NCBI GenBank assembly: GCA_965637545.1
Contig: OZ281498.1
Span: 11,966,001-12,030,000 of the forward strand
DNA: 64,000 nt
Reading direction: 5' to 3'
DNA from: Phallusia mammillata
Lineage: Eukaryota
The notes under the pieces are model-generated. The model was not told the origin of the DNA, made no database searches, and worked only from the letters and a program-made list of their open reading frames with translations. The stretch's first letter is position 1. The number at the start of each line of letters is the position of its first letter. Made by a program: the position numbers and the translations under genes. Of the stretch, positions 61,646 to 64,000 are shown in pieces.

Positions 61646-64000
61646 ATTATTAACACATTAAATGCACAGAATTGATAGAATTCGAAGCGAGATTACTCAG
61701 ATTGCAAGTTGACTTTGCCTTGTTTCCATTTATATGATTATCGAAATGTATAACAATATCACGTTAATCCTCTGTGCCATACTGCAACATTGGGGTAGGT
61801 TTTTTTTTAAGTGTTTTGATTTACAATTATAGTCTTGCGCATTTCTAGCCTTCAAGTTCTTCAGAAATCCGCCGGTGTCGAGCAAATAGGAAGTTTGGTT
61901 CCTGATCTGAGTGTTTATCTTCTTATTATTTGGATCGGACTCTACTTTTGCACATTTAAGGGTATTGACTGGTCATCGAAGGTTAAATTAAAAAAATTAT
62001 TAACTTTCTTATTACAATTACAACAGTTTTGTTTACGTCATAATACAGATTGTCTACGTCACAGCTACACTCCCCTTTCTTTTTATTTTCGTCATCCTCA
62101 TACGCAGTTTGCTGCTGGAGGGCGCTATAATGAAGGGATCCAGTTTTTCTTGATTCCGGATCTAAAAAAGTTGTTGGACCCTTCGGTAAGTTTTGTAAAC
62201 ATAGCGACAATGGCTTGCATTCAAATCTCAACCACTTACCCGGATAACGAAGAAAATCGTTGAACTAGTACGCAATAGGCTTACTTGAATTAACAAGAGT
62301 TTAATCAACAAAATAAAATTACCATAAAATTTTGCATTGTGCATTAATATGAAGTTGTACATAAATGGCAAACCTTATTCAAATAAAATCTTGACAGGTC
62401 TGGGTCAGTGCTAGGTCTCAGGTTTTATTCACAAACGGTGTGGCTTCTGGCGTTGTTTTAACTCTCAACACATTTAACGATTATCACCACGACTTGTGGA
62501 GGTAAGTCTGTACATAGTGGTTACGTTTGTAGAGGGTAATTTTTTTTTTTAATTTTTGGTTTTAATTTTTGGTTTTAATTTTTGTAGCACTACGTTGTGT
62601 AATAACAAGTTGATTTTGCACAAGAAAAATCGTAAATTAAACTTAGAGACAAAATCCGTTTTTTGGTATCTGAAGAATATATCTATTTTTATACGATTCC
62701 TGAATTTAAACTTTTGCTTAGAGATGCTTATTACATTGTGTCAGCAAACCTTGTCGCAAGTTTCACAGGAGGATTAGCGGTATTTTCGACACTAGGATTT
62801 ATGGCCAACTACCAGGTATTACAATCTCTACACTGAACATAGTGTCACGGTTTTTAATAAAGCTTGGATACCAAAAAATTCAAAATACATTCCTGCATAT
62901 AAATAGAATTGCAGTAAAGCCTATTACTTACTTTTTGAATGTTTTGAAAATTCGGATTATATCGAGCTCTCAAGTGCACGTTTTTCTGGGTTCGGTTAGA
63001 AGGTATTGTGACAAAATTAAAAGAGGCGTCACACATCGTAGGTCTATTTGTTCCTTTTTTTAGGTTTGACACTATTAATCATTTCAAAATAGTTTGAGCA
63101 GCAAAACATTTGAGTGCTAAAACCTTTCGCTGAAACAAGATCAGACAGTTCTTGGGTTAAAGGAAATAAACTTTTATGTTTGCATAATTAGTTCCTTATT
63201 CAAATATAATATATGTTAACAGTGATCGTCGATATCCCATACTGTTTTTAAATCCTTTTGTTAAAATGTAGTTTTTGTGTAAGTCTTGTATTAAGGCTCT
63301 GCATAACGGTCACAGAATAAAACCTTAGATGAAGTGGCCACTTCCGGTCCGGGCTTGGTCTTCATAGTTTACCCGGAAATCCTTTCACTTCTACCAGCTT
63401 CACAACTCTGGTCAGTTCTGTTCTTTCTCATGATTATTTTCCTTGGATATGACTCACAGGTGGAATATTTGGTGTTTTTTAAGATTGGTTGCATGTGGCA
63501 TCAGATTACCAAACGTTTAGGTACAGCTTCATAATTCATTGTTATCAACGTCTGACCGCCTCATTTCTTTAACTTCTTTTCACATGTTGATCTCAACATA
63601 AGGAAAGCTTTTTGTGCTATTAAGATGTAGCCCGCTACGAATGTTTGGCGAGGGTTTATGTAGCTAGCTACGATTGTTTGGAAGGGTGGATCGTAAAATG
63701 GGTTTACTTATTGTCAAAAAGCAACAAAATGCCTTAAAATCATTAAATTGTTTGCATGTTGCCCCACATTTCGTTTCAGCTTAGCTTTAACAGAATAGTG
63801 TTTGTGTTTAGATTGTTTGCTTGGAAGCATTGATAGCAACAATTATGGACAACTGTCGCATGTTGAGACGATATAAATATGGCAGGGAAATATCACAAGC
63901 GATACTCTTTACTATTTTCTTCCTACTCGGCCTTCCAATGGTCACACAGGTTGGTGTTATTCAAGTTTACGATTTCGTTAAACTTTAACTATCACTGTCG

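Larger units (their letters stand above)
59692..64000 (+). pseudogene. SLC6 (Na+/Cl- neurotransmitter/amino-acid transporter) gene with disabling lesions; runs off the window
   Basis: [73 protein letters not shown] and LGYDSQ over 9 exons. Lesions: an extra T at 59848-59851 (TGA), an exon-2 acceptor CCG instead of CAG (60409-60411), and a 2-nt insertion at about 62127 (TGA at 62151). Confidence 0.8.

Overview
Eukaryotic, AT-rich, short-intron animal genomic DNA. The gene content and intron style suggest an invertebrate chordate such as an ascidian (inference only). All gene models were assembled by hand from GT/GC-AG splice sites and reading-frame phase. In order: the 3' end of a CUB-domain gene; a voltage-gated calcium channel alpha2/delta gene (minus strand, 3765-19894); a three-domain flagellar-type creatine kinase with an N-terminal myristoylation motif (minus strand, 22074-29298); PRC1, head-to-head with the kinase and carrying an exact 83-bp frameshifting duplication; a 2.5-kb Mutator/Phantom-like foldback element; a GULO-like aldonolactone oxidoreductase whose covalent-FAD His is replaced by Leu; a Kv4/Shal channel; and an SLC6 transporter with three disabling lesions. 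One 5.6-kb alpha2/delta intron hides an antisense nested gene, predicted to encode a secreted protein with a catalytically dead trypsin domain, an EGF-like module, a furin site and about 10 LRRs. Mobile DNA includes eight hAT-type MITEs or deletion derivatives with 8-bp TSDs (two nested in other elements), two tRNA-derived SINEs, a DINE/HINE-like element, and a truncated Penelope-like fragment carrying a minimal hammerhead ribozyme in the sense strand of a creatine kinase intron. The nested pseudo-protease/LRR gene, the GULO His-to-Leu change and the intronic hammerhead are the strongest leads. No database searches were run.
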